Shown here in pieces: positions 17,536-27,242 of a stretch of DNA of 64,000 nt. Below the pieces are notes generated by a model, which worked only from the letters and a program-made list of their open reading frames with translations, did not search any database and was not told the DNA's origin. Positions within the stretch are counted from its first letter, which is position 1. Every line of letters begins with the position of its first letter. The stretch is from the IMG/VR virus record IMGVR_UViG_3300048927_000250, positions 62,001 through 126,000 of that record. One strand, written 5' to 3'. The position numbers and the translations under genes are program-made.

Positions 17536-18171
17536 TTATTCTGCTTCTTCGCTGAACATTGGGTTGTCAGCATCGCGAAGTGCCGTCAGCGTTTGGTGCA
17601 GACGGGAGTTGATGTACACGCGGGAGTCGATTTCGTTGTGGCCGTAGCCGAACGGACCACCGAAACGGTAGCGGTTACTGTTCGTAAAGTTCTGCGGGTA
17701 GTAGCCGTGGATAACACATTGGCGCAGCTCTGGGTAGATGCTGTAGACCTTGTGGTCCAGACAGAACTGATTGAAAGCTTTCTGTACGCGGGTGCCGTAG
17801 AACACTTCGGTAGCATGACCTGCTTCGGAATGCAGTGCACCGTCAACCATCTGCTGTACCATGTTCTGAATCAGACTGATAGTTGCATCCAGTTCCCGGG
17901 AGTCGTACTTGTGCTGCAAGTCCAGAGACCAGTCTTTCACCACGCGAATGATTTCACGGAAACCACCAACGGTTTGCGGCAGACCGGTAATGTCGATTTT
18001 CGGTGCGTTGGTTTCAATAGCGTGTTCCGCCAGACGCTCGCACAGTTCCAGTGTCGCATCGTCTTTCAGACGCAACCACACGGTTGCCAGACGCTCTTCC
18101 CACTCAGCCTGCGTGTACAATTCTTTTTCCAGTACATCGGCCAGGTCTAAACAAATCTTGCGCTTATCCAT
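17536..18171 (-). CDS. Hypothetical protein (211 aa)
   Basis: Last gene of the early operon; AAGGA RBS. Confidence 0.8.
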   Translation of the reverse strand: MDKRKICLDLADVLEKELYTQAEWEERLATVWLRLKDDATLELCERLAEHAIETNAPKIDITGLPQTVGGFREIIRVVKDWSLDLQHKYDSRELDATISLIQNMVQQMVDGALHSEAGHATEVFYGTRVQKAFNQFCLDHKVYSIYPELRQCVIHGYYPQNFTNSNRYRFGGPFGYGHNEIDSRVYINSRLHQTLTALRDADNPMFSEEAE

Positions 18172-18180
18172 TACCTATCC

Positions 18181-18852
18181 TTACAGTGATTGAAGTTGTT
18201 GAGTGATTTCACTCAGTTCATACTGACGATTCACGTTACGGACCGAGAAATCGAGAGTGTTGAGTTTCGCCATTAACGCGTCAATACGGATGACACGTTC
18301 GTCCATCGGCCAATACTGTTTCAATGACCAGAGTACCAGCGCCGTCCAGTGGAGCAACTTGATGTAGCTGTGTTGCACCGTGAAGTAACTGTGGACCACG
18401 TTACCGAGAGTTTGACGCCCTGGTAGTTTCTGGCGTTGGTTGAGCCAGCCGTACGCCTGTGCCCTGGCATGATGAACCACGCTGACTGCCGCATCACCTT
18501 TACGTTCTTTCCACACCTTGTTCAGGGTGGCACCGCCTTGTTCACCAGAATCTTTGGCAATCACGGTGAAGAAGTCTGACGTATCAGCAACGAAGATGTC
18601 TTGGTAGTTCACCCCCAGCTTCATCATATCTCTGACGAGGTGGTCGAAAATAAACTCGCTGTCGTGCTTGTACCACATCTGGTCGTAATTGCTAAACCAG
18701 AAGTGGACCTGTTCCATCAATTGTGGGCCCGTCAAAGCACCCAGTTCCCGAAGCGCGTCCAATGGGTAGATTTGTAAGCGGAGTTCGCTTACGTCAATAC
18801 CCTCGTACGTTTCTTCTTCGAGCTCTTCGTCAATCATCACTTTTTCTGTCAT
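18181..18852 (-). CDS. Hypothetical protein (223 aa)
   Basis: ATGA overlap with the upstream gene; acidic N-terminus. Confidence 0.8.
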   Translation of the reverse strand: MTEKVMIDEELEEETYEGIDVSELRLQIYPLDALRELGALTGPQLMEQVHFWFSNYDQMWYKHDSEFIFDHLVRDMMKLGVNYQDIFVADTSDFFTVIAKDSGEQGGATLNKVWKERKGDAAVSVVHHARAQAYGWLNQRQKLPGRQTLGNVVHSYFTVQHSYIKLLHWTALVLWSLKQYWPMDERVIRIDALMAKLNTLDFSVRNVNRQYELSEITQQLQSL

Positions 18853-19202
18853 TTGTTTCCTGCCCTGTCAATCTTTAAAGAAATCGCTTCCGGCGTCATC
18901 ACCAGAACCTCATTCTTCATCATGGTGGGGTAGCTTGCGGCTACAATGTCAATCAACCCAAACATCCGGGTTTCGATGCGCAGGTGAGGACCGTCTTCAC
19001 GGTCCACTTGATTCCCGCCACGAAACTCCTGGACTAGCTTGCTGAACACCCGTTTGTCAACCTGGATGTTCATGGCAAGTGTAGCGTTACCGTCACCGTG
19101 CACGACATGTGCCGCGGGCAGCACAACAGCGTACTGTCCGAGGTTGGTCTTGAATGCCATTTGCAGGTTACGGTACGCGAATTGTATTTCTTTCAGGTTC
19201 AC
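18849..19202 (-). CDS. Degenerate (probably inactive) nucleotidyltransferase paralog (117 aa)
   Basis: LGQYAVVLPAAHVVHGDGNATLAMNIQVD aligns with LGNFALTSGAALVVHGVRDNCTDIDIQVD of the neighbour but lacks the Gly and the DxD. Confidence 0.7.
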   Translation of the reverse strand: MNLKEIQFAYRNLQMAFKTNLGQYAVVLPAAHVVHGDGNATLAMNIQVDKRVFSKLVQEFRGGNQVDREDGPHLRIETRMFGLIDIVAASYPTMMKNEVLVMTPEAISLKIDRAGNK

Positions 19203-19205
19203 TGA

Positions 19206-19625
19206 TTAATTCTCCTTAGTTTCTTCCAGGTGTGCGGCAATAAGTTCGAGGTCGAAGGCATCTTTACGACGCCCCCAAACCTCTTTCGCACGAGCAATAC
19301 TGTCCAGTGTCTGCACATGGACGCCGTCAACCATTTCGGTATGGAAGCGGGTGTTGGTAATCTTCACACGGTAATCGTCCCCTTCTGGTCCTACCGTGAA
19401 AGATAAGAATTGGGGGAAGCCGTGCACGTACTGCATGTTGGCACCAAAGCGCCACTCGAGTGAGTGCCAGACTTCCTCGTCCACTTGGATGTCGATGTCG
19501 GTACAATTGTCGCGCACCCCGTGGACGACTAACGCTGCTCCTGAGGTGAGCGCAAAGTTACCTAACGACCGTGGAAGTTGTGCAACGAATTGGTCCAGAG
19601 TTTCTAAAACTTGGTCAATGTTCAT
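19206..19625 (-). CDS. Small Pol-beta-superfamily nucleotidyltransferase (139 aa)
   Basis: SGAALVVHG...TDIDI signature plus C-terminal K...GRRKDAFD. Confidence 0.75.
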   Translation of the reverse strand: MNIDQVLETLDQFVAQLPRSLGNFALTSGAALVVHGVRDNCTDIDIQVDEEVWHSLEWRFGANMQYVHGFPQFLSFTVGPEGDDYRVKITNTRFHTEMVDGVHVQTLDSIARAKEVWGRRKDAFDLELIAAHLEETKEN

Positions 19626-19680
19626 CTTCTTTCCTTAAGCAGGTGTTGGTATTTGCGATATAGTTGGTTTGGTCACCCCA

Positions 19681-19691
19681 GTTATATAGAC
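19681..19691 (-). promoter_or_regulatory. Early-type promoter motif GTCTATATAAC
   Basis: Directly after the upstream stop; matches the other copies. Confidence 0.55.
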
Positions 19692-19692
19692 T

Positions 19693-20286
19693 TTAAATGT
19701 GCTTAGACCACGCTTTCTGGGCGCTGTATTCCAGCCCCGTCATCATGTTCTTTAGCAGCACATCCCGTAATGCTGAGTCAGGTCCCCCGACGGTGTAGTA
19801 CGTTACCGCACCCTGTTCCAGTCCACGCATGTACTGATGATGGCGTTCTGGGTGAGTGAAGGTAGTTTGTGGAGTGGTGTTTCGAAACGGGAAGAGGTGC
19901 CAAGTAACTTTGTTCAACCGTATTGGTTGACGAATGATACACGGCATGGCGTTGGGATACTTAGATGGGTCAGCTTCGTATCCTTTCATCGCTTCCAGAC
20001 TCGGGGAACGACGGTACGGTTCTTTCGGGTCTTTCACCAGATACTTTACCTCCGGGGCAATCTTGAGGAGATACGGCGGTTCATCAAACCCAGGGTAGTT
20101 ACGGAGGAAGCCATCCAATGTACTGACGTGCTTAATCTCCCGTACCCGCCCGTCGAGTAACGGAGAGGAGGGCACACCTAAGCAATTCTCCACCCAGTAA
20201 GGGAAGGCATGATTCCAGAAGTTGTTTTCCCGGCGCTGCGCCTCACGTAAGACATCATCACTGGGCATTTCGAAGTTATCTGACAT
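19693..20286 (-). CDS. Hypothetical protein (197 aa)
   Basis: Stop/start overlap with the upstream gene. Confidence 0.8.
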   Translation of the reverse strand: MSDNFEMPSDDVLREAQRRENNFWNHAFPYWVENCLGVPSSPLLDGRVREIKHVSTLDGFLRNYPGFDEPPYLLKIAPEVKYLVKDPKEPYRRSPSLEAMKGYEADPSKYPNAMPCIIRQPIRLNKVTWHLFPFRNTTPQTTFTHPERHHQYMRGLEQGAVTYYTVGGPDSALRDVLLKNMMTGLEYSAQKAWSKHI

Positions 20287-20588
20287 TATACATTCTCCTT
20301 GCTACCCAGGTTAAGAACCACTGTATTCGCCCGCTCCTTTTCTGTCAGGAGACGGTAGTGTTGGTCACCACCGCCCCAGTTACGTAACCCCTCCAGGGCC
20401 AACAGGGCGTTATTCAGTTCGATGAATTCAGGGGTATAGACGTAATAGAGTTTACCCCCGTACGTTTCCGTCGTGCGGTGTTTCCCCGCCGCAATCATCT
20501 CTGTTTTCTTTTCCTGAAGTTTCAGGTACTCCACGTCACTTTCAAAATCGCGGAGGATGAACGGGACAACCAGATGGTTAGCTATCAT
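20286..20588 (-). CDS. Hypothetical protein (100 aa)
   Basis: First gene after the promoter; AAGGA RBS. Confidence 0.75.
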   Translation of the reverse strand: MIANHLVVPFILRDFESDVEYLKLQEKKTEMIAAGKHRTTETYGGKLYYVYTPEFIELNNALLALEGLRNWGGGDQHYRLLTEKERANTVVLNLGSKENV

Positions 20589-20621
20589 GACACAATCCTT
20601 TTAGTTAAGGTTCTCACTTGA

Positions 20622-20632
20622 GTAATATAGAC
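20622..20632 (-). promoter_or_regulatory. Early promoter motif GTCTATATTAC
   Basis: Contains the phiKZ early consensus TATTAC; heads the accessory cassette. Confidence 0.65.
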
Positions 20633-20633
20633 C

Positions 20634-23111
20634 TCAAGCGAGTTGGGCTACTTTGTTGTAATCCGGATGGGATTTGTGCAGACCCACTTCCAGTACGTCG
20701 TGGAAAGGTAACGCACCCCATGCTGCTTCATGGTGACTAATCAGGAACACTTGCGAGAAGACGTTATTCTCGATGAGTTCTTTCACGTAGTTCATGAGCC
20801 TGGTCTTGTGAGCCACTTCCAACGGCCTGTCAGTTTCATCCAGGAGTAATGGTGCTCCCTCCTGACCCAGCTGTAACAACGCCACTACCTTGAAAGCGAA
20901 GTCGATGATTTCCACCTGGCCATCGGAACATTGGTTCACGTCCTTCGCCGGGTGACTGTCATCTTCGTTTACCACTACTGGGAACACGTACGTCAGTTCC
21001 GCATTGTCATCGAACCCACACGGCATCACTTCCAGCGGTGTGGTCCAAATCTGGCGGATGATACTGTTCATCTCGTTGATGAAGTTATTGATGGCACCGG
21101 TCATGTGTTTGGCAATCAGACCGTTGGCTGGCGACAGTCCTTCAATCGCAAACTTATACCCCGCAATCTTCTCCTCCTCCAGACGAATCTGTTCCATCGC
21201 ATCCTTAATGGCTTCGCGGTTAGTGTGGATATCGTTCAGCTCTTTGGTGAGCGTCCCAATCCACCCCTGTAAATCCTCGATAGCAATTTTACGGATACGG
21301 TTGAACATGGCTTCCAGTGCAACCTGAACATCCCCACCTAATGCTTCCACCTGACCCGTCAGGCTGTCCACGTAGCGACTGTACATATCGGCTTGTTCCA
21401 GACGCGCCTGGTCGCGCTTAATCAATTCGTGGAGGTACACCCGAGCGTAGACCACGTCCTCAATTTGTTTACTGAGCTGTTCCATCCGTGCCCGTAACTG
21501 ACCAGTTCCCTTGATGTCCTTTTCCTGCAAGGTCAACAAGAGTTTCTCTTTGTCCGCGTGTTCACGGGAGAGTTTGGCGTATTGCGCATGGTGTTCTAAG
21601 TCAACCGCCAGGTTACCGGCAATCGACACCAGAAGCATCGGACTCTTCATGATGTCAGCGGCATGGAAGAGGGTGCTGAAGTACAACTTGAGACTAGGGT
21701 TCGACTGTTCGAAAGACATCACGCGTTCATACGCACGAATCCACTCGGTAATCTTCCCTTGTTGCTCCTCCAGCTCTACCAGACGCTTTCCGTAGGTCTC
21801 CCGTTGGGTTCGCATGACCCCCAACTTCTCGGTGAGCACACGGGCCTCTGAGGCGCGTTTCTCTTCATTCGAGGAGTAACCACACTTCGGACATTTCGCG
21901 TCATGTTCTTCATTGAGGTGGTGCAGTCGTGCCTCGGCTTGTGCAATCTCATTCTCCACCTTGGAGAGCAAGGAGCGACCACGAGACAACGACTGGTTCG
22001 TTTCGTGCAACGCATTGGCGTTGTACTGATTATCGGCATTGACGGGCAGGTTGAACAATGCATCCTGAAGAGACGGAAGAATGGCGCTGATGGAATCCCA
22101 CGCCGCTTCCGGGTTAGGGTACTCCATCCCCGGTTGGAACCAGGTGACATTACGGAAGCTCACCAACTGTTGTTCCAACCGACGAACTTCTTCTTCCAGG
22201 TTATCCACGGAACCGTCACCGACCAACTGCTCGAGGGTGGTATTAAGAGAATCGTACTGTTCCTGATACGCTTTCTCTTTGGTGGCATACTCCTGGTACT
22301 CCAGTTGCAGTCCACCCAGACGGTCCGTGTACATGTCACGGTTAGACGCATCGAGAGGCGCATCCGGAATTAACTTCTTCCCGTGCTCCAGTGCTTTATC
22401 CCCGATGGTCTCCAAACGCGCTACAATCGCTTCTAAGGCGTCGGCATGTTTGTCTTCAATATCAGGTCGGTACTCTTGCAGAAGCTCTGTAACCGTGTCC
22501 TGGTAGCCTTTAAGGCGTTGCTTGAGGACTTCGTGCTCCTCCTCGGAGATATCACGGGTCTGACGTTGAACCAAAGACTCTTCCAAGCCGCGTTTGTAAC
22601 CGACCGCATCACGCAACTTCCCTTTCAGGCGGTTGTAGACCTTATACGCAAACGTAACGTCTGTTCCGCCAATACGGGAGAACAACTCCTGACGTTTCGC
22701 AGGCCCCAGGCGTGTCAGACGGATTTCCCCGGTGAGGATTTCGTGAACGTCTTGAGTGTAGTTAAATTCCAGGGCGTACAAATCCCGCTGGACGGTACGG
22801 GTACCGCCTTCGTTCAATTCCCGTCCGTTCTTTTTAAACGAGTAGCGCACGCCTTTACCTGCGGCTTCGGCGACTATTTCGTAGTCGGATTCATTTGCGT
22901 GTATTTTTGTACGCATGAATCCTTGTTTATGAAAGTCCCCTGCCTCGGGGTTGTATGACGTCAGCATTTTGAGGAGTGTACTCTTACCTGAACCATTCTT
23001 TCCAACAATCACTTGATACGGAGATTGGGGACGGTAAAGGATGCGGCTGACAGCATTCAGCATCAGACGTTTGTTTTTCACTACCTCGGATTCGGTTATC
23101 CGGTAAGCCAT
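20634..23111 (-). CDS. sbcC: SbcC/Rad50-like SMC ATPase (phiKZ gp165-like)
   Basis: Walker A GKNGSGKS, long coiled coil with CPKC zinc hook, signature SDGQ, Walker B LLLDE, ISH. Confidence 0.92.
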   Translation of the reverse strand: MAYRITESEVVKNKRLMLNAVSRILYRPQSPYQVIVGKNGSGKSTLLKMLTSYNPEAGDFHKQGFMRTKIHANESDYEIVAEAAGKGVRYSFKKNGRELNEGGTRTVQRDLYALEFNYTQDVHEILTGEIRLTRLGPAKRQELFSRIGGTDVTFAYKVYNRLKGKLRDAVGYKRGLEESLVQRQTRDISEEEHEVLKQRLKGYQDTVTELLQEYRPDIEDKHADALEAIVARLETIGDKALEHGKKLIPDAPLDASNRDMYTDRLGGLQLEYQEYATKEKAYQEQYDSLNTTLEQLVGDGSVDNLEEEVRRLEQQLVSFRNVTWFQPGMEYPNPEAAWDSISAILPSLQDALFNLPVNADNQYNANALHETNQSLSRGRSLLSKVENEIAQAEARLHHLNEEHDAKCPKCGYSSNEEKRASEARVLTEKLGVMRTQRETYGKRLVELEEQQGKITEWIRAYERVMSFEQSNPSLKLYFSTLFHAADIMKSPMLLVSIAGNLAVDLEHHAQYAKLSREHADKEKLLLTLQEKDIKGTGQLRARMEQLSKQIEDVVYARVYLHELIKRDQARLEQADMYSRYVDSLTGQVEALGGDVQVALEAMFNRIRKIAIEDLQGWIGTLTKELNDIHTNREAIKDAMEQIRLEEEKIAGYKFAIEGLSPANGLIAKHMTGAINNFINEMNSIIRQIWTTPLEVMPCGFDDNAELTYVFPVVVNEDDSHPAKDVNQCSDGQVEIIDFAFKVVALLQLGQEGAPLLLDETDRPLEVAHKTRLMNYVKELIENNVFSQVFLISHHEAAWGALPFHDVLEVGLHKSHPDYNKVAQLA

Positions 23112-23193
23112 TATTCTTATTCCTCGTGAGGCTAAAGTTAAGCGGTCTAACAGATACGCTTGCTATGTAAAAAATCATATTAGCGAGGACGTC

Positions 23194-24174
23194 ATGGCCA
23201 GCAAAGAAGATTCCTCTCCCTGGAGACTCTTTTGTATTGGGGTGGTGGCTGAGAACAAACCCCTCAGTACGAATAACATTCTCTTTACGCCTTTAGAGAA
23301 AACCCCGCTGATGCAGGGTGACTTGATGGCGAATGCGCAGCAGATAAAAGTAGAAGGGACGGATGCCTCAGGGAACAAGTTCCAGGCCCAGGCAAACACC
23401 GACGCTGCGATGGAAGCGACCTGGCTCCCGTCTGATGCAAACCGCGACACGGCCCCCGATGTGATGCGTGGGGAGAAAGTCTTCATCTATCGTTACGCCG
23501 ACGGCAAGACGTACTTCTGGCGAGAGATGAACACCGACCGTAAACTGCGCCGTGGGGAAACGATTCGTTGGTCTGCCTCTGCAACCCTTGACCCGAACGG
23601 TACCGGGGAAGTCACCGAAGACACTCACTACCTCTTTGAACTCTCTGGACACACCGGGGCGATTAACCTACTCACCAGTCAGGCAAATGGTGAGAAGAGT
23701 CGTTACCAGTTTACCATCGACGGAAAAGGGGGTTTGATTCTCTTGGGGGATGGTGAAGGGAACCGCTTCAGTCTGGACACGGTTAACACGGTGGTACAGT
23801 TAATGAACGCCATGGAAACAGTGCTTCAATTGAACCAACGTGACTTTCTTGTCTCGGCGGATGAAGATGGGGTGATGCAATTTGCCCGGATGTTAATCGA
23901 CCTGAAACAGAACGGGACGATTCAAGCCAAAGACTTCATCAAGATTCTCGGCGGGAAACGTATCGAGTTAGAAGCCATCGACATCCTGTTAAACGGTATC
24001 CTGCACCTGAACGGTCCGATTGTTCAGGACGACGGTGTGGCAGGTGGTTACGTGGCGCAGATGAAGGGGCCGCTTACCGTGGAGAAAGAAGGTACGTTCA
24101 ACAACGTCTCCGTCTCCGGTCACGACCACGACGAGACTGGCAGCAGAACCAAAAAACCCAACCAGGGAACATAA
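23194..24174 (+). CDS. Baseplate central spike protein (phiKZ gp164/P2 gpV-like)
   Basis: TATG at 23164; OB-fold-like N-terminus (APDVMRGEKVFIY), beta-helix-like C-terminus ending in HDH metal-binding apex motif. Confidence 0.75.
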   Translation: MASKEDSSPWRLFCIGVVAENKPLSTNNILFTPLEKTPLMQGDLMANAQQIKVEGTDASGNKFQAQANTDAAMEATWLPSDANRDTAPDVMRGEKVFIYRYADGKTYFWREMNTDRKLRRGETIRWSASATLDPNGTGEVTEDTHYLFELSGHTGAINLLTSQANGEKSRYQFTIDGKGGLILLGDGEGNRFSLDTVNTVVQLMNAMETVLQLNQRDFLVSADEDGVMQFARMLIDLKQNGTIQAKDFIKILGGKRIELEAIDILLNGILHLNGPIVQDDGVAGGYVAQMKGPLTVEKEGTFNNVSVSGHDHDETGSRTKKPNQGT

Positions 24175-24179
24175 GAGCA

Positions 24180-24216
24180 CTCCTCCTGCCTTTCGGGGCA
24201 GGAGGAGGCTTTATGC
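24180..24216. terminator. Terminator with TTTATGC tail
   Basis: CTCCTCCTGCC-T-TTCG-G-GGCAGGAGGAG followed by GCTTTATGC. Confidence 0.85.
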
Positions 24217-24219
24217 TGC

Positions 24220-26040
24220 TTACACGCGGGAGATTAGCGTAGAGCCTTGTTTGGTGATGGTGATTTCACCGCTCATGCTCCAGTTGGTTCCACGACCGGT
24301 ATCGTTGTAGACCTTGATGTAGTTCCAGCGACCAACCCCAACAGCTGGCAGGTTGAATGGACCCACGTTCACGGTACCGGAGTTACGTCCGTTGTTACCG
24401 GTATCTTTGTACATCACCTGCGCATCACCAATACCGTCACCGCCACTGTAGACGTAGAAGTATTGACGTTCACCGGAACCGCAGTACACGTTCAGACCAG
24501 AAAGCGTACGCGCGAAGTTTGCACCCGGAATACGGTAGATGGCCGTTGGTGTACGGATAGCTCCGCCCTGAGACCAACCAGGGAGCGTCTGGTTACCCGT
24601 CTGCCCCTCTGCTTCGTTCATCATGCGCGTTACCAGCAGTGAACCACCACGTGGCGTCAGGTAACGGTCAGAGGCCGTACCTGCTTGCGCTTCCGCATCG
24701 TTAGCCGTCAGGAAGTTATTGACGTTACCCAACCCAACCTGAGCTTTCGTAACGTTGTGTGGGTTGTCCTGACGGTTGGCGTGGGCGTTAATCAGTGGCA
24801 CTGCCAGCACGTTAATCGCTTGTGCAGTACGCAGCGGTGTCATGTACGTGGCATTGTCCGCCCCGACTTGTGCCTGCGACTGACTGGCGATACCGTAGTT
24901 CTGCACTGCACCCAAACCAACTTGTGCCGCCGTCACGCCGTGTGGGTTAGAGCGGTTGTTGATGTGGGCGTTCAACGGAATCAACGCCTGTTTCGAAACA
25001 GCCTGGGCCGTACGAAGAGGCGTCATGTACAGGACGTTACTGGTTCCGTTCTCAGCATCAAGCTGGGTGGCAATCCCGTAGTTCTCAACGGAGCCTAACC
25101 CGACTTGCGCTTTGGTTGTCGCATGGGGGTTGTTCTTATCGTTGATGTGGGCTTGAATCACCGGAGTGATGTTAAGCGCGGTGTACTTGGCGATTTCCTG
25201 CCAGGTAGTCAGTGGCGTCATGTACAACGTAGACGAGGTGCCCGCTTCCGCTTCCGCCTGAGTAGCAGGACGGTAGTTTTCCACAATCCCTAAGCCAACC
25301 TGCGCCTTGGTGGTATTGTGGGGGTTGTTCTTGTCTGCGATGTGTGCGTTGAGGTTCGCTTCCACTTGCGCCAGGTGTTGCTCAATAGCCAGGCAACGAG
25401 CATCCAGGCGATTGACGTTGGCGTACAGGTCAGCATCCACTGCATCGAGACGCGCCACTTCATCCAACATCTGCTGACGAACACGGTTGATGTATTCGTA
25501 GATAACGTTGTGCGAAGCGACGTCACCCTGAATCACCGCCCGCGTCAACTCTTCCAGCGCCAGCACCACGTACTCCAGGGAGTACAGGTCAGTGGCAGCA
25601 TGTAAGTGCTTGCTCGGGTTGAAGGTCAGCGGTTTACCCCAGATGTTACCCCAGGAGACCACACGGTCGTCCTGCATCAAATCGTTCATCATTTTCACGA
25701 TGGCGTCGATGCTGTAGGAGTAAGGTCCGCCCACAACCTGATACGTCAGCAACACGGTATCGTAGTCGCGGTTCACCAGGTTCAGGATGTTGTACACCGG
25801 TAAACCCAGGTTCTGGGTGGCTTCAACGTACGGGTAAATCAGGGTGTAGTCGGTACCGAGGTCGAGTTTCTTCCCACTGGCTTTGTCAGTAACGACCATG
25901 GAGTCGCCGTAGAACGGACCACCAAAAGGCTGAAACGCTCGGTTAAACTGTTTATCGACGGTGCGCTCTTCACCGATTACTCGGTTAGCCGCACTCTGCC
26001 CCGTTCTGTCCAACGGGTACTTGGGTTTGGTTAAGGCCAT
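24220..26040 (-). CDS. Tail fibre protein (606 aa)
   Basis: Four ~61-aa repeats NPHxxTxAQVGLGxVxN[YF]; N-terminal domain paralogous to 30535-33111. Confidence 0.85.
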   Translation of the reverse strand: MALTKPKYPLDRTGQSAANRVIGEERTVDKQFNRAFQPFGGPFYGDSMVVTDKASGKKLDLGTDYTLIYPYVEATQNLGLPVYNILNLVNRDYDTVLLTYQVVGGPYSYSIDAIVKMMNDLMQDDRVVSWGNIWGKPLTFNPSKHLHAATDLYSLEYVVLALEELTRAVIQGDVASHNVIYEYINRVRQQMLDEVARLDAVDADLYANVNRLDARCLAIEQHLAQVEANLNAHIADKNNPHNTTKAQVGLGIVENYRPATQAEAEAGTSSTLYMTPLTTWQEIAKYTALNITPVIQAHINDKNNPHATTKAQVGLGSVENYGIATQLDAENGTSNVLYMTPLRTAQAVSKQALIPLNAHINNRSNPHGVTAAQVGLGAVQNYGIASQSQAQVGADNATYMTPLRTAQAINVLAVPLINAHANRQDNPHNVTKAQVGLGNVNNFLTANDAEAQAGTASDRYLTPRGGSLLVTRMMNEAEGQTGNQTLPGWSQGGAIRTPTAIYRIPGANFARTLSGLNVYCGSGERQYFYVYSGGDGIGDAQVMYKDTGNNGRNSGTVNVGPFNLPAVGVGRWNYIKVYNDTGRGTNWSMSGEITITKQGSTLISRV

Positions 26041-26103
26041 CGTAAGGCTCCCTTTGGGGTTACTTCAAGCGAATATAAAGCGGGTCAGTCTATAAAATGA
26101 GAC

Positions 26104-27198
26104 TTACGGCGGAGTGATGTTCGACAAGACACCGTCTTCCTTGGTGAAGTAGAGTTGCTTGTCCACGGTGGAACTGAACAGGCGACCCTGCGGCATCTCC
26201 ATGACGGCCTTTGGGTTACCCGCAGCATACTTGACCCAGGCACGGTTTTCGTACTTCCAGGTGGAGTTGTCACGGGCGTCGATAATCGGTTTATTGCTAC
26301 CCGGTGACTGGAACACCTTGAAGGTAGCCTGTGGCTGACTGAATGCAATGTAACCAATCTTTGCCGGTTGCTGGAAGCGTTTCAGGTCAGCGCTGGTCAA
26401 TGGGATGACCAATGAGTTGGCTTCGCTGTACACAGTCGGTGAACCCACGTCGGAGGCCCAGATTTTAATCTGCGTTGCCGTACGTTCCACCTTCAGTCGC
26501 ACAGGTCCTGCTGTACCCCAACTTCCCTTCCCGCCGTTGGTGGTAATCCCTTCCGCAGGAATCACTGAACCATCCGCATGGTGCAGGGTACCGGTCACGC
26601 CACCGATGTACTTCATGGTACCGGTCGGACTCGCCGGGTTCAGTACCACGTACACCGGGTCAATGCGGTAACTGGCGTCATGGGGGACAACCGTGGAGAA
26701 AGTGCGGTACACCATCAACGACATCGGGACGCCGTTCTCTTCCAGATACGCCAGGCACAGACCGATAGCATCGTCATCGCCATCCGCACTGGACAATTCG
26801 ACTTCAAAGATGTAGCTGTCGTATTTGTCAGGAGACAGGAAGCCGGTGGTGTACACGGAGTTCACGGTGCAGACAATCGCATCGTTCGCTGAGTCGTAGT
26901 TCCACGCAGCGGCTTCGGCCGGGTCCGTCATCTTGTTGGCCCCGTTCAGTGAGATGCGCTCCCACTGGTTGAACACGGTTCCAAAGCTGGCACTCTTTTG
27001 GTCGTTCAGTTGAGCATCCGTGTTGACGATAGGATAAAAGTTTACCAGTGGTCCGGAAACTACGCTCGGCGTACCGTCCTCAACTTTGCTGAACAACGCA
27101 TCACCCTTACTCCAGTTAGGGCGGTCAAGGAGGTCGTAAATACCGGTATTCACCAACACCTTAAATTGCTGGTAAAATTCCCGCAAACTAATTTTCAT
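26104..27198 (-). CDS. Fibre-associated protein with lectin/thrombospondin-C-like domain (364 aa)
   Basis: DGDDDAIG Ca-binding-like motif; MKISLR start resembles MKVSLR of 29918-30472. Confidence 0.55.
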   Translation of the reverse strand: MKISLREFYQQFKVLVNTGIYDLLDRPNWSKGDALFSKVEDGTPSVVSGPLVNFYPIVNTDAQLNDQKSASFGTVFNQWERISLNGANKMTDPAEAAAWNYDSANDAIVCTVNSVYTTGFLSPDKYDSYIFEVELSSADGDDDAIGLCLAYLEENGVPMSLMVYRTFSTVVPHDASYRIDPVYVVLNPASPTGTMKYIGGVTGTLHHADGSVIPAEGITTNGGKGSWGTAGPVRLKVERTATQIKIWASDVGSPTVYSEANSLVIPLTSADLKRFQQPAKIGYIAFSQPQATFKVFQSPGSNKPIIDARDNSTWKYENRAWVKYAAGNPKAVMEMPQGRLFSSTVDKQLYFTKEDGVLSNITPP

Positions 27199-27242
27199 CG
27201 CAACACCCTTCTAAATTGGTCTCCGTCCGTGGAGAAGAGTCC

